Positions 30,073 through 43,637 of a stretch of DNA of 64,000 nt are shown here, piece by piece. The DNA is from Pseudomonadota bacterium. Its GTDB lineage: Bacteria > Pseudomonadota > Gammaproteobacteria > Burkholderiales > Burkholderiaceae_C. The notes below the pieces were generated by a model. That model ran no database searches. It saw nothing but the letters and a program-made list of their open reading frames with translations, and had not been told where the DNA came from. The translations under genes and the position numbers were made by a program. The stretch is from positions 8,234 through 72,233 of the forward strand of contig JABBOE010000001.1 of assembly GCA_019351955.1 (NCBI GenBank), given 5' to 3'. How positions within the stretch are numbered: position 1 is the first letter of the stretch; every line of letters begins with the position of its first letter.

Positions 30073-30657
30073 ATGCAAGATCCAAACCCCGCCCCGCCGG
30101 CCGCAACTGCCGACAGTGCGCCGCCCGAGACGGTTACCCTCGCGGGAGGCTGTTTCTGGTGTGTCGAGGCCGCATTCAATGCGGTCGACGGCGTGTTCGA
30201 AGCCACGAGTGGCTATGCCCAAGGTGAGGTGCCCCAACCGAGCTACGAGCAGGTGTGCGGTGGGCGCACCGGGCATGCTGAAGCCGTGCGTATTCGCTTT
30301 GAGCCTTCCCTGCTCAGCCTGGAGGACGTGCTTGCCATATTTTTCACCATCCACGATCCCACCACGCCCAATCGCCAAGGCGCTGACGTCGGACCGCAAT
30401 ACCGGTCGGGCATCTACTTCGAAAAGCCCGAGCATGAAGCCACCGTGCGCGCCTACATTGCACGCTTGGCAGCGAGCGGCGCCTATGGCGGCGCCCCCAT
30501 CACCACGGAGATCGAGCCGCTTCGCGTGTTCTGGCCGGCTGAGGGGTACCACCAGCGCTATTTCGAGCGCCACCCCGACCAGGGGTACTGCCAGGCAGTG
30601 ATTGCGCCGAAAATGGTCAAGTTGCGTCAACGTTACGCTGAAAAACTGCGCGTCTGA
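30073..30657 (+). CDS. msrA: peptide-methionine (S)-S-oxide reductase
   Basis: 194 aa. Active-site LAGGCFWCVEAAF, GHAEAVRIRF and HDPTTPNRQG motifs. Confidence 0.95.
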   Translation: MQDPNPAPPAATADSAPPETVTLAGGCFWCVEAAFNAVDGVFEATSGYAQGEVPQPSYEQVCGGRTGHAEAVRIRFEPSLLSLEDVLAIFFTIHDPTTPNRQGADVGPQYRSGIYFEKPEHEATVRAYIARLAASGAYGGAPITTEIEPLRVFWPAEGYHQRYFERHPDQGYCQAVIAPKMVKLRQRYAEKLRV

Positions 30658-30680
30658 GCCCACGAACCCGCTTCGTGGGC
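30658..30680. terminator. stem-loop between convergent msrA and the dsbG-like gene
   Basis: GCCCACGAA-CCCGC-TTCGTGGGC forms a perfect 9-bp stem immediately after the msrA stop. There is no strong U-tract. Confidence 0.45.
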
Positions 30681-30750
30681 TTCGCGTGATGGGAAGCCGC
30701 GCGGGCTCCGCGTGGCATCACGGGGGTTGCGCTATGCGCGCACGGCCTCC

Positions 30751-31350
30751 TCAACGGCACGACTCGATGATGCTCGTCAACTCGGCATCCGACGGCACCC
30801 CGGCCAGCAATGCCGCACGGCCCCTGGCGGTTCGCCACAACAGCACCGGGACCCCGAACAGCTTGTGGCCCCTGTAAATGGCAAGGTTTCGCGCCAGTTC
30901 CTCGCGCGCCTTGGGTGTGATCGTGGTCGCAGGGGTGATGCCGCCTCCGGGCTGGCCATTCGCAGCAAAATCGTAATCGGCTTCATTGGTGTGGAATGCT
31001 TGCTGGGGATTCACCGCCTGCAAGATGGCTGCCGCCTTGGGCAGGCTGCTTGGGGTGAGCATGCCGAGCACAATCCACCGCAACTGCACATCAGCTTTCC
31101 CAACGAAGGCCCGAAGCATTCCATAGAGCTGGTGGCAATAGGGGCAGTTGGGGTCAAAGAATATGTAGAGCACGCGCGTGCCCCGGCCTTCGGCGATCCA
31201 TGTGGCCTGGTGAATCTGTGACCATACGGCGTCCGCCTGGCCTGTGCTTTGCGCAGCATGGGCGTGCGGCAGCCGCCCCACGAGCGGCAATAGGGCCAGA
31301 GTGCGTAGAACGTGCCTGCGCATTGAGCGGGCGCCATGGCTGTTTTGCAT
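30751..31350 (-). CDS. periplasmic thiol:disulfide interchange protein, DsbG/DsbC-like
   Basis: ORF 30751..31428 trimmed to ATG 31350, preceded by AGGAG. Signal peptide LRTLALLPLVGRLPHAHA. Thioredoxin-fold FFDPNCPYCHQLY (CPYC). Confidence 0.8.
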   Translation of the reverse strand: MQNSHGARSMRRHVLRTLALLPLVGRLPHAHAAQSTGQADAVWSQIHQATWIAEGRGTRVLYIFFDPNCPYCHQLYGMLRAFVGKADVQLRWIVLGMLTPSSLPKAAAILQAVNPQQAFHTNEADYDFAANGQPGGGITPATTITPKAREELARNLAIYRGHKLFGVPVLLWRTARGRAALLAGVPSDAELTSIIESCR

Positions 31351-31400
31351 TGCCGTCTCCTGAATTGAGGGGGCTGACTTGCGCCGCTTCGGCTGAGACA

Positions 31401-32039
31401 TCAAGGGGCCAGGCGCTGCAGCTGCCACATGCCGTCCGAGCGCAGCTGGTAAACCAGTCGGTCGTGCAGACGCGACGGACGACCCTGCCAGAATTCCCAG
31501 GCGTCCGGCGTCAGACGATAGCCACCCCAGTGTGGCGGGCGCGGCGGGTTGAGGCCGAATTTCAAGCCAAACTCGGCAGCGCGCTTGATGAGCACGCTGC
31601 GCCCTTCAATCGGCTGGCTCTGCTCGGACGCCCAGGCACCAATGCGCGAGGCCAGCGGCCGGCTTGCAAAATAGGCGTCGGACTCCTCGGCGCTCACCTG
31701 CTCCACGCGGCCCTCGATGCGCACGACGCGCTCAAGCTCTACCCAATGGAATTGCAGGGCGGCAAAGGGATCGGCAGCGATCTCGCGTCCCTTGCGGCTC
31801 TTGTAGTTGCTGTACCAGACGATGCCGCGTGCATCAAAACCTTTGATCAACACCACACGCGTGGATGGCCTTCCCCCCTCGCCCACCGTGGCCACCGTCA
31901 TCGCGTTCGGCTCCGGCACCTGCGCCTGCACGGCTTCGTGCATCCAGCGCTCAAACAACGCCATTGGGTCGGCCTGCGCGTGCGTCTCGTCGAGCTCGGC
32001 GCGGGTGTAGTCTTTGCGTAAATGGGCCAGTGTGTGCAT
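31401..32039 (-). CDS. pdxH: pyridoxamine 5'-phosphate oxidase
   Basis: About 212 aa from ATG 32039. C-terminal [16 protein letters not shown] signature and RVVLIKGFD block. Confidence 0.92.
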   Translation of the reverse strand: MHTLAHLRKDYTRAELDETHAQADPMALFERWMHEAVQAQVPEPNAMTVATVGEGGRPSTRVVLIKGFDARGIVWYSNYKSRKGREIAADPFAALQFHWVELERVVRIEGRVEQVSAEESDAYFASRPLASRIGAWASEQSQPIEGRSVLIKRAAEFGLKFGLNPPRPPHWGGYRLTPDAWEFWQGRPSRLHDRLVYQLRSDGMWQLQRLAP

Positions 32040-32113
32040 GGTGCGAGTATAGAAACTCACACAACGAGCGGGTCGGCGCGCCGGGATCGCCTCGACCGCA
32101 CCGGCCTATCACG

Positions 32114-32743
32114 TCAAAGCCCGTGACGCTTGGCCAGGGCAACGACGCGCTCGACCGCACGATCGCGGATACCCGCCTGGCGCAGCGCATGGGCGGTGCG
32201 CACCACGTACTCGAGCGTGGTGCCAAAGCGTCCCCGGCGGTGGCGAAGGATGTGCAGCAACTGGCTCTCGTCCAGTGCGCCCGTGTAGCTCGGGCTGGTG
32301 CGCGGCAGCGTGAACGCCAGCGCCTGCACCACGCCGTGCGGGGTGTGGCAGCGCAGCCAGCGCGGCTCGTAGACGGCGCGCGGCATTTCGCGCTTCCACA
32401 GCAGCCGCAGTTCATGCTCAGCCTGCGGGCGCGGCACCCGCAGCACGATGCCTTGGCAGGATCCCCCGCCCATCAGCGCGAACACCAGACCCGGTTCGTG
32501 TTCGGTACCCCGGTTGATGCGCGACCACATGCACAGGCAGCGTTTGTGGCCCCACACCCGCGCGGGCAAGACCTCGCAGTGGGCAATCTCCGGATTCCAC
32601 AGCAGCGAGCCGTAACCAAACACCCAAAGGTCGCCGGCAGGCATGCTCGCCAGAATGGCCTCGAGCATGGCTTGAGGATCCCGGCCAGGGATTTGCAGCA
32701 GCCCCGGATGTTCGCCAGCCATGGATGCGTCGCACTCGCTCAT
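32114..32743 (-). CDS. chaC: ChaC-family gamma-glutamylcyclotransferase
   Basis: ORF 32114..32818 trimmed to ATG 32743 (GGAG 6 nt upstream). LWVFGYGSLLWNPE signature. Confidence 0.8.
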   Translation of the reverse strand: MSECDASMAGEHPGLLQIPGRDPQAMLEAILASMPAGDLWVFGYGSLLWNPEIAHCEVLPARVWGHKRCLCMWSRINRGTEHEPGLVFALMGGGSCQGIVLRVPRPQAEHELRLLWKREMPRAVYEPRWLRCHTPHGVVQALAFTLPRTSPSYTGALDESQLLHILRHRRGRFGTTLEYVVRTAHALRQAGIRDRAVERVVALAKRHGL

Positions 32744-32759
32744 CCGTCGCTCCGAGAAA

Positions 32760-32779
32760 CCTCCCCGTTCAGGGGGAGG
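32760..32779 (+). repeat. left-end subterminal hairpin of the tnpB element
   Basis: CCTCCCC-GTTCAG-GGGGAGG, a perfect 7-bp stem. It shares the core CC.TTCAGGG.AGG with the right-end hairpin. A second small hairpin, GCCGAC-CAACC-GTCGGC, follows. Confidence 0.55.
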
Positions 32780-32847
32780 AGGAAAGGAGTGCCGACCAAC
32801 CGTCGGCAGGGGTTGCATGGATGGCTGTTGTTTTGTACAGTCTTGGC

Positions 32848-34011
32848 ATGCAGGTTAAGCGCACCTATCGCTTTCGCTTCGACCCAACGCCCGAGCAGGC
32901 ACACATCCTGGCTCGCACGTTTGGATGCGCGCGGTTTGCGTACAACCACATGCTGCGGCTGCGCAGCAATGCCTGGATGCAGCGCCAGGAACGTGTCGGC
33001 TATCACGAGACCTCCGCGGCGCTGACGGCGCTCAAGAAGACGCCCGAGCACGCCTGGCTGAACGAGGTGAGCAGCGTGCCCGTGCAGCAAGCGGTGCGGC
33101 ACCTGAACACCGCATTCCTGAACTTCTTCGCCAAGCGGGCCCGGTACCCGTCCTTCAAGCGCAAGGACGGGCCGCAATCGGCCGAGTACACCACCAGCGC
33201 ATTCAGATGGGACGCGGGCCGGCGCGAGTTGCGCCTGGCCAAGATGGATGCCCCCCTGGACATGCGCTGGTCGCGCACCTTGCCCAAAGCGGCCAGGATC
33301 ACGACCGTCACCATCTCCAGGGACGCGGCGGGGCGGTATTTCGCCTCACTGCTGTGTGACGATGTGGTCACACCCAAGCCGCAGGCCAGCGGCCAGGTTG
33401 GCATCGACCTGGGGCTGACCCATTTCGCGATCCTCTCCAGTGGCGAGAAGGTCGCATCCCCCAAGGCGTTTCGCCGCTGCGAAGCGCGACTGGCGGTTCG
33501 CCAGCGCCGCTTGGCGCGGGCCAAGCTCGGATCGAAGAACCGGGCGAAGTTGAAGGCATCGGTTGCGCGGTTGCATGCGCACATCGCGGACGCCCGCAGT
33601 GACTTCCTGCACAAGCTCTCGACTCGGCTGATCAGCGAGAACCAAGTGATCGCCATCGAGACACTGTCCGTGAGCAACATGCAGCGCAACCGCAGTCTGG
33701 CGAAATCCATCAGCGACGCCAGCTGGTCGGCATTCGTCAGGCAGCTGGAGTACAAGGCGCAGTGGTACGGGCGCACATTGATCGGCATCGATCGCTGGTA
33801 TCCGTCCAGCAAGCGATGCTCGGTGTGCGGGCACACGAAGGCGTCGATGCTGCTGTCGGTGCGCACCTGGGATTGTCCCGAATGCGGCGCGCACCACGAC
33901 CGCGACATCAACGCTGCGCGCAACATCTTGGCCGCAGGACTTGCGGTGTCAGCCCATCGAGAGTCTGTAAGTCCTGTGTTGCTGCAAAGCAGCATGGGCG
34001 GGTCTCAGTGA
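32848..34011 (+). CDS. tnpB: TnpB (IS605 OrfB-family RNA-guided endonuclease / transposase accessory protein)
   Basis: ORF 32725..34011 trimmed to ATG 32848. N-terminus MQVKRTYRFRFDPTPEQAHILARTFGCARFAYN. RuvC-like blocks GIDLGL and VIAIETLSV. Zinc finger CSVCGH...CPECGAHHDRDINAARNI. 387 aa. Confidence 0.9.
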   Translation: MQVKRTYRFRFDPTPEQAHILARTFGCARFAYNHMLRLRSNAWMQRQERVGYHETSAALTALKKTPEHAWLNEVSSVPVQQAVRHLNTAFLNFFAKRARYPSFKRKDGPQSAEYTTSAFRWDAGRRELRLAKMDAPLDMRWSRTLPKAARITTVTISRDAAGRYFASLLCDDVVTPKPQASGQVGIDLGLTHFAILSSGEKVASPKAFRRCEARLAVRQRRLARAKLGSKNRAKLKASVARLHAHIADARSDFLHKLSTRLISENQVIAIETLSVSNMQRNRSLAKSISDASWSAFVRQLEYKAQWYGRTLIGIDRWYPSSKRCSVCGHTKASMLLSVRTWDCPECGAHHDRDINAARNILAAGLAVSAHRESVSPVLLQSSMGGSQ

Positions 34012-34020
34012 AGTGGGAAT

Positions 34021-34040
34021 CACCTTCCTTCAGGGAGGTG
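34021..34040 (+). repeat. right-end hairpin of the tnpB element (probable 3' stem of the omega/reRNA scaffold)
   Basis: CACCTTCC-TTCA-GGGAGGTG, an 8-bp stem with one G:T(U) pair. It lies 10 nt after the tnpB stop and is followed by AGCAGTCAA. Confidence 0.5.
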
Positions 34041-34201
34041 AGCAGTCAAGGATGAAGCCTGTTTAGCCTTCGATCATGCAGTGCGCTGCGGACGATGGCC
34101 TCAACCGGCCATGGTGTCCCCGGATGGATGCGACCGGGCCTGAATCGGCGCTCATCTCGGTTCGCCCCCGCGCCCTCACGCACGACTCGGCTTGTCGCCT
34201 C

Positions 34202-35689
34202 TCACCGCGGCAACTCCGAGTGCCCCATCAGAAACTGGTCGATCGCGCGCGCCGCCTGGCGGCCCTCGCGGATGGCCCACACCACCAGGCTTTGCCCACG
34301 CCGCATGTCACCGGCAGCAAACACCTTGGCCACGTTGGTGGCGTAGCCGCCGTCCTCTTCGGTGACAGCCTTGGCGTTGCCCCGTGCATCGTGCTCCACG
34401 CCGAAGGCATCAAGCACGGGAGCCAGCGGATGCACGAAACCCATGGCCAGCAACACCAGGTCGGCCTGCATCGTGAACTCGCTACCCGGAACTTCCTGCA
34501 TGCGACCGTCCTTCCACTCGACGCGGCAGGCCTGAATCGCTTTGACCTTGTTTTTGTCCTTACCGGTTCCGGGCAAAAACGCCTTCGTCGCCACCGACCA
34601 GTCGCGCCCGCAACCTTCTTCGTGGCTGCTGGAGGTGCGCAGCTTGATCGGCCAGTAGGGCCACACGAGGGGCTTGTTCTCGGTTTCAGGCGGCTGGGGC
34701 AGCAGTTCGAACTGCGCCACGCTGGCCGCGCCGTGGCGGTTGCTGGTGCCCACGCAATCAGACCCCGTATCGCCGCCACCAATCACCACGACCTGTTTGC
34801 CGGCCGCCGAGATCTGGCCCCTGAGCTTGTCGCCGGCGTTGATCTTGTTCTGCTGTGGCAGGAACTCCATGGCGAAATGGATGCCTTCGAGTTCGCGCCC
34901 AGGCACCGGCAGGTCCCGCGGATGCTCCGACCCGCCAGCCAGCAGCACGGCATCAAACTCAGCCAGCAGCGCCTCCGGGCTCCGGTGCTCCCGGGCCCAG
35001 TTGGCGACCGTCGCACCGGGGCCATCCTTGGGCATGTCCCCCACCAGCACGCCAGGTACGAAGCGCACCCCCTCGGCCTGCATCTGCTCGATGCGGCGGT
35101 CGATGTGGTGCTTCTCCATCTTGAAGTCAGGGATGCCGTAACGCAGCAAGCCGCCGATGCGGTCATTCTTCTCGAACACCGTCACGTCATGCCCGGCGCG
35201 CGCAAGTTGCTGCGCGGCTGCCAGGCCGGTCGGGCCTGAGCCGACCACGGCGACGCGCCTGCCCGTCTTGTGCGCAGGCGGCTGCGGCGCCACCCAGCCC
35301 ATCTGCCAGCCCTTGTCGATGATGGCGTGCTCAATGGACTTGATCCCCACCGGCGCCTCGTTGATGCCCAGTGTGCAAGCCGCCTCGCAGGGCGCGGGGC
35401 AGATACGCCCGGTGAATTCGGGGAAGTTGTTGGTGGAGTGCAGCACATCCAGGGCATGCTTCCAGTCGCCCTGCCACACCAGATCGTTGAAGTCGGGGAT
35501 GATGTTGTTGACCGGGCAGCCGCTGTTGCAAAACGGAATGCCGCAGTCCATGCAGCGCGCGGCCTGCACCTTGGCCTTGTCGTCCGACAACTCGTGGACA
35601 AACTCCTTCCAGTGCTTGAGGCGTGCGACAGGAGGCTCGTAGCTTTCTTCCTGGCGTTCGAATTCCATGAATCCGGTGACTTTTCCCAT
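34202..35689 (-). CDS. gltD: glutamate synthase (NADPH) small subunit
   Basis: ORF trimmed to ATG 35689, preceded by AGGAAGGA. N-terminus [13 protein letters not shown]. Fe-S motif CMDCGIPFC and dinucleotide motif [14 protein letters not shown]. Confidence 0.95.
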   Translation of the reverse strand: MGKVTGFMEFERQEESYEPPVARLKHWKEFVHELSDDKAKVQAARCMDCGIPFCNSGCPVNNIIPDFNDLVWQGDWKHALDVLHSTNNFPEFTGRICPAPCEAACTLGINEAPVGIKSIEHAIIDKGWQMGWVAPQPPAHKTGRRVAVVGSGPTGLAAAQQLARAGHDVTVFEKNDRIGGLLRYGIPDFKMEKHHIDRRIEQMQAEGVRFVPGVLVGDMPKDGPGATVANWAREHRSPEALLAEFDAVLLAGGSEHPRDLPVPGRELEGIHFAMEFLPQQNKINAGDKLRGQISAAGKQVVVIGGGDTGSDCVGTSNRHGAASVAQFELLPQPPETENKPLVWPYWPIKLRTSSSHEEGCGRDWSVATKAFLPGTGKDKNKVKAIQACRVEWKDGRMQEVPGSEFTMQADLVLLAMGFVHPLAPVLDAFGVEHDARGNAKAVTEEDGGYATNVAKVFAAGDMRRGQSLVVWAIREGRQAARAIDQFLMGHSELPR

Positions 35690-35818
35690 GGTCCTTCCTT
35701 GGTCTGCGATAGCCGGCACGTGCGGGCTTATCGTCTCAATCCTGATTGGCAGTCATCGACGCGCGCACCCGAAGCGCGCACGCGCGGGTCAGCCTTCGGG
35801 TGCGCGCGGCGTCGTTCG

Positions 35819-40564
<4,746 letters not shown>

Positions 40565-40783
40565 CGCAGGCTCCGCGCAGAAGAACAGAACAATGCGTCA
40601 ATTTACTGCATCGCAACACGACGAGCAAGAAAAATTGTGATACGTGTCCCTCTTTTCAAAGACGGGTAAGGCTCTCGAAATTAAAATAGGGACAGTTTAC
40701 AATCGCGGCCCGTGCGTTCGCGGGTCCGCATGCGTCTTCCCGCAGTTGTAGTGCCCAGCACGCGGGCGTGTCGCCGGTCTCGA

Positions 40784-41575
40784 TCATTTTCTCGGTCGCC
40801 CCCGCACTCCCGGCTGCAGCCGATGCCCCACGGCCTGCTCGAGTTCGGCGACGAACCCCGCATCACCCAGCGCCAACCCTGCGCGCAAGGCACGCTCCAG
40901 GGCCACGCCCTCGGAGCCACCCAATCCGGCCTGCACCATCCGCGCATAGGCTGCTTCGCGTTCGAACGGCGTGTTGCCCAGCGCCCAATACGCGGCGAGA
41001 AGGTGCAGCGCCGGCGTGCCGCCCCTTGGCCCGGCCTGCCCGCAATGCGCGCCCGCGCTGCTCCAGGCCCAGCTCGGTGCCGCCGCGTCCAGCCCCGCGC
41101 GCCGCGCCGCCGTGTCGACCCAGACCATGGCCGGCAACGCCCACAGCTGCGGCGCCAGGACGGCGCTGCGATACCGCCCCGCCCACACCGTCGAGCGCCC
41201 ACTCCCGCGTCCTTCATCGCGCGTCCCAGGGGCCTCGCTCGCCCATTCGCCATGCGGGAGCTCAGCTCTCGAGGCCGGCCCCGCGGCCATCGCGACTCGC
41301 GCATCCTGCGCCAATCCCCGGCTTGCCCGGCGTGCGAGCATCTGCATGAGGCCGGACAGCGCAGGCGCATCCTCGGGAGTCGCCAGCAGGTACACCGCGT
41401 CAGGCAGCAAGCAATAGGCGTGCAACCGCACCGCAAAGCGCTGCCGCGCCTGGACAAGCGTTGCCAGCAACTGCTCGCGTGCCTCGTCGGAAGCTAACGG
41501 GCGCGCGCCCGGCACGGCCACGAGTTTGAGCAGGTGGGGCAGGTGTGGGATGCAAAGACGTGCCCTGCGGGCCAT
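40784..41575 (-). CDS. IS200/RAYT-like (Y1 transposase fold) protein with a degenerate HUH motif, probable inactivated derivative
   Basis: ORF 40784..41629 trimmed to ATG 41575. MARRARLCIPHLPHL...VRLHAYCLLPDAVYLLATPEDAPALSGLMQMLARR aligns to the COG1943 pattern ...HAYVLMxNHVHLLxTP.... The HVH (HUH) triad is replaced by AVY. The Tyr region VWAGRYRS is retained. Confidence 0.6.
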   Translation of the reverse strand: MARRARLCIPHLPHLLKLVAVPGARPLASDEAREQLLATLVQARQRFAVRLHAYCLLPDAVYLLATPEDAPALSGLMQMLARRASRGLAQDARVAMAAGPASRAELPHGEWASEAPGTRDEGRGSGRSTVWAGRYRSAVLAPQLWALPAMVWVDTAARRAGLDAAAPSWAWSSAGAHCGQAGPRGGTPALHLLAAYWALGNTPFEREAAYARMVQAGLGGSEGVALERALRAGLALGDAGFVAELEQAVGHRLQPGVRGRPRK

Positions 41576-41652
41576 GGAGGAACGGGCATCTGTTTGTCGA
41601 ATTGGCCAACTGCGCGCAGATCCGATCACGGCATTGGAACGAGGTGTCGATC

Positions 41653-43596
41653 CTAACGTGCGCCTGCGACCATCCCCGGATGGACAAGGCGCGCCCGCAG
41701 CGCCCCGTGCAGCGCGTTGGTCACCAGCAAGTCTTCGGCACCCAGGAGATCAGCGCGCGACAGCGCGCGCTCGCGTACGGCAAGACCACGGTCGGCCAGG
41801 ACCGCCGCGCGCGCAACCCCGGGCAGCAGGCCGCAGCGCAAGGGTGGTGTGAACCAGCACCCGGCGAACTTGACGAACACGCTGGATCGACCGCCCTCGC
41901 ACAGGTGGCCGCGTGTGTTGAAAAACAGTGCGTCGAACGCCCCGCAGCCTTCCGCAGCGCGCCATGTAGCGTCGTAGCGGGCGCGATGCGTGGTCTTGTG
42001 CCGCAGGAAGATGTCATCCGGGTCGAGCGCGGCGTCGTCGATCAGTGCTTCTGCCAGCAACACGTCCACCCGCCCATCATCCGACGTTGCCAGCGGTGTC
42101 ATGGGCGCCATCGTGAGATCGAACACCCCGTCATGCCGCAACACGACACGGGTACGCTGCCGCCCTTCCGGCAATGCCGCGTGGGCACGGCAGATGGCAT
42201 CGAGCAGCGCGCTGCGGTCGCAGCGAAAGCCAAAATAGCTTGCAGAGCGCACCAGCCGGCGCAGATGCGCAGCAATGCTTGTCGCATCCTGGGGCCACCG
42301 CGAGGCGAAGGTTTCAATCAGGCCAAAGCCGGGGTCGAGCGCCGTTGCAAACCGCGCCTTGAGCAGGCATTCGTCCCATTCAGCCGACGCCTTCGAATCG
42401 GCCACCACCCCACTGCCAACGCCCAGTCGCACGGCCCGCGTGCCGCGGCGTATGCGCGCATCGATTTCCAGGGTGCGGATGGCCACGCTGAAACAAGCCT
42501 GCACGGCGTGCGGCGAGCCCGCTGCCGCGCCGCCGTCCGGCTTCTCCGGGGCAATCCACCCGATCGCTCCGGTGTAAAGCCCGCGCGCGCTCGGCTCCAA
42601 CTCGCCGATGATCGCCATGCTCCGCCGCTTGGGCGCACCCACGACCGATCCACATGGGAAAAGTGCCTCCCAGAACGCAGGCCAGGTCGCACCGGCAGCG
42701 AGCTCGGCCTGGACCGTGGACGTCATTTGCCAGAGCTGTGCGTATGGCTCGACGCTGAAGCGCCGGGGGACCCGCACGCTGCCGGCCGTCGCGATTCGCC
42801 CAAGGTCGTTGCGCAGCAAATCCAAGATCATCAGATTTTCTGCGCGATTCTTGGGATCGGCGGCAAGGGCGCTTGCCGCCTCGGCATCGATCACCGCATC
42901 GGCGTGACGCGGTGCGGTGCCCTTCATCGGGCGGGCCGTGATGCGCCCGCCCGGCTCCAGAGTAAAGAACAACTCCGGCGAAAGGCTCAGCACCCACCGT
43001 TGGCTTGCGGCATCATCCTCGTGGCCCAGGCGCGCCAGGCACCGGTATGCCGTGGGCTGACGCTGGCGCAATGCGCGGTACAAAGCCAGTGGCGTGCCGT
43101 AGGCGCGGCCCTGGAGAGGAAACGTGTAGTCGATCTGGTAGCTGTCGCCTGCAGCCAGGAATTGGGCGATCTGATGCAGTGCCTGGGTGTAGGCGGCCTT
43201 GTCGATGCCGCCCCTCCACGCAGCAAGGCCCGTGGGAGCATCGCCTGCACGCGCATCGAGCGTGGCCGATTGCCCGGCCAGCCAGGCATCCACCGCCCCA
43301 TGCTCCATGCACTCCACGCGCGCGAAACTCAAGCCCTCCGCCAACGGCGTCGCAGGCGCATGAACGACGGGTAAACCGGCAAGCGCCTGCGCCGCCTCAA
43401 ACGCGAGAAACAGGACGACCTCGCGAGCTTGCGCAAGCTCGCCCTCAGCCCACTCAAGAAGAGCTTGCACCTCGGGTGCCGTGCGCGCGATGCGTTGAGC
43501 CAGCGGATCACGGTACAAACGCGCCGGCGCATTGACTGGGTCAAACAAGACGAATGCGGTCCGTGCGCTCCCGTCACGTTCCTGATCCGATTGCAT
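41653..43596 (-). CDS. pabB: aminodeoxychorismate synthase component I fused to aminodeoxychorismate lyase (PabB-PabC)
   Basis: ORF 41653..43662. The start is probably ATG 43596 (GAGG upstream), alternatively 43626. Chorismate-binding motif FPCGSVVGAPKRRSMAIIGELEPSARGLYTGAIGW. The C-terminal ~250 aa are class-IV aminotransferase/PabC-like (FFNTRGHLCEGGRSSVFV...GLLPGVARAAVL). Confidence 0.8.
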   Translation of the reverse strand: MQSDQERDGSARTAFVLFDPVNAPARLYRDPLAQRIARTAPEVQALLEWAEGELAQAREVVLFLAFEAAQALAGLPVVHAPATPLAEGLSFARVECMEHGAVDAWLAGQSATLDARAGDAPTGLAAWRGGIDKAAYTQALHQIAQFLAAGDSYQIDYTFPLQGRAYGTPLALYRALRQRQPTAYRCLARLGHEDDAASQRWVLSLSPELFFTLEPGGRITARPMKGTAPRHADAVIDAEAASALAADPKNRAENLMILDLLRNDLGRIATAGSVRVPRRFSVEPYAQLWQMTSTVQAELAAGATWPAFWEALFPCGSVVGAPKRRSMAIIGELEPSARGLYTGAIGWIAPEKPDGGAAAGSPHAVQACFSVAIRTLEIDARIRRGTRAVRLGVGSGVVADSKASAEWDECLLKARFATALDPGFGLIETFASRWPQDATSIAAHLRRLVRSASYFGFRCDRSALLDAICRAHAALPEGRQRTRVVLRHDGVFDLTMAPMTPLATSDDGRVDVLLAEALIDDAALDPDDIFLRHKTTHRARYDATWRAAEGCGAFDALFFNTRGHLCEGGRSSVFVKFAGCWFTPPLRCGLLPGVARAAVLADRGLAVRERALSRADLLGAEDLLVTNALHGALRARLVHPGMVAGAR

Positions 43597-43637
43597 GGGA
43601 AATGGCACCTCGCCGGGTGGAGCCATGGCGATGAACG

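Larger units (their letters stand above)
32756..34049 (+). mobile_element. IS200/IS605-family element carrying only tnpB (IS1341-like, no tnpA)
   Basis: tnpB is flanked by related subterminal hairpins, at 32760-32779 (left) and 34021-40 (right). A TCAA tetranucleotide lies at 34046-34049. Boundaries are approximate. Confidence 0.6.

Noticed and set aside
29758-30663. 301-aa minus-strand ORF and 237-aa plus-strand ORF (29888..30601) overlapping msrA
   Set aside because: The MsrA frame has the GCFWC active site. The competing frames have no motifs and a skewed composition.
40712-41497. 261-aa plus-strand ORF and other ORFs overlapping the RAYT-like gene
   Set aside because: Only the minus-strand frame 40784..41575 shows the Y1-transposase-like N-terminal pattern. 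The others are Arg/Pro-rich shadows.
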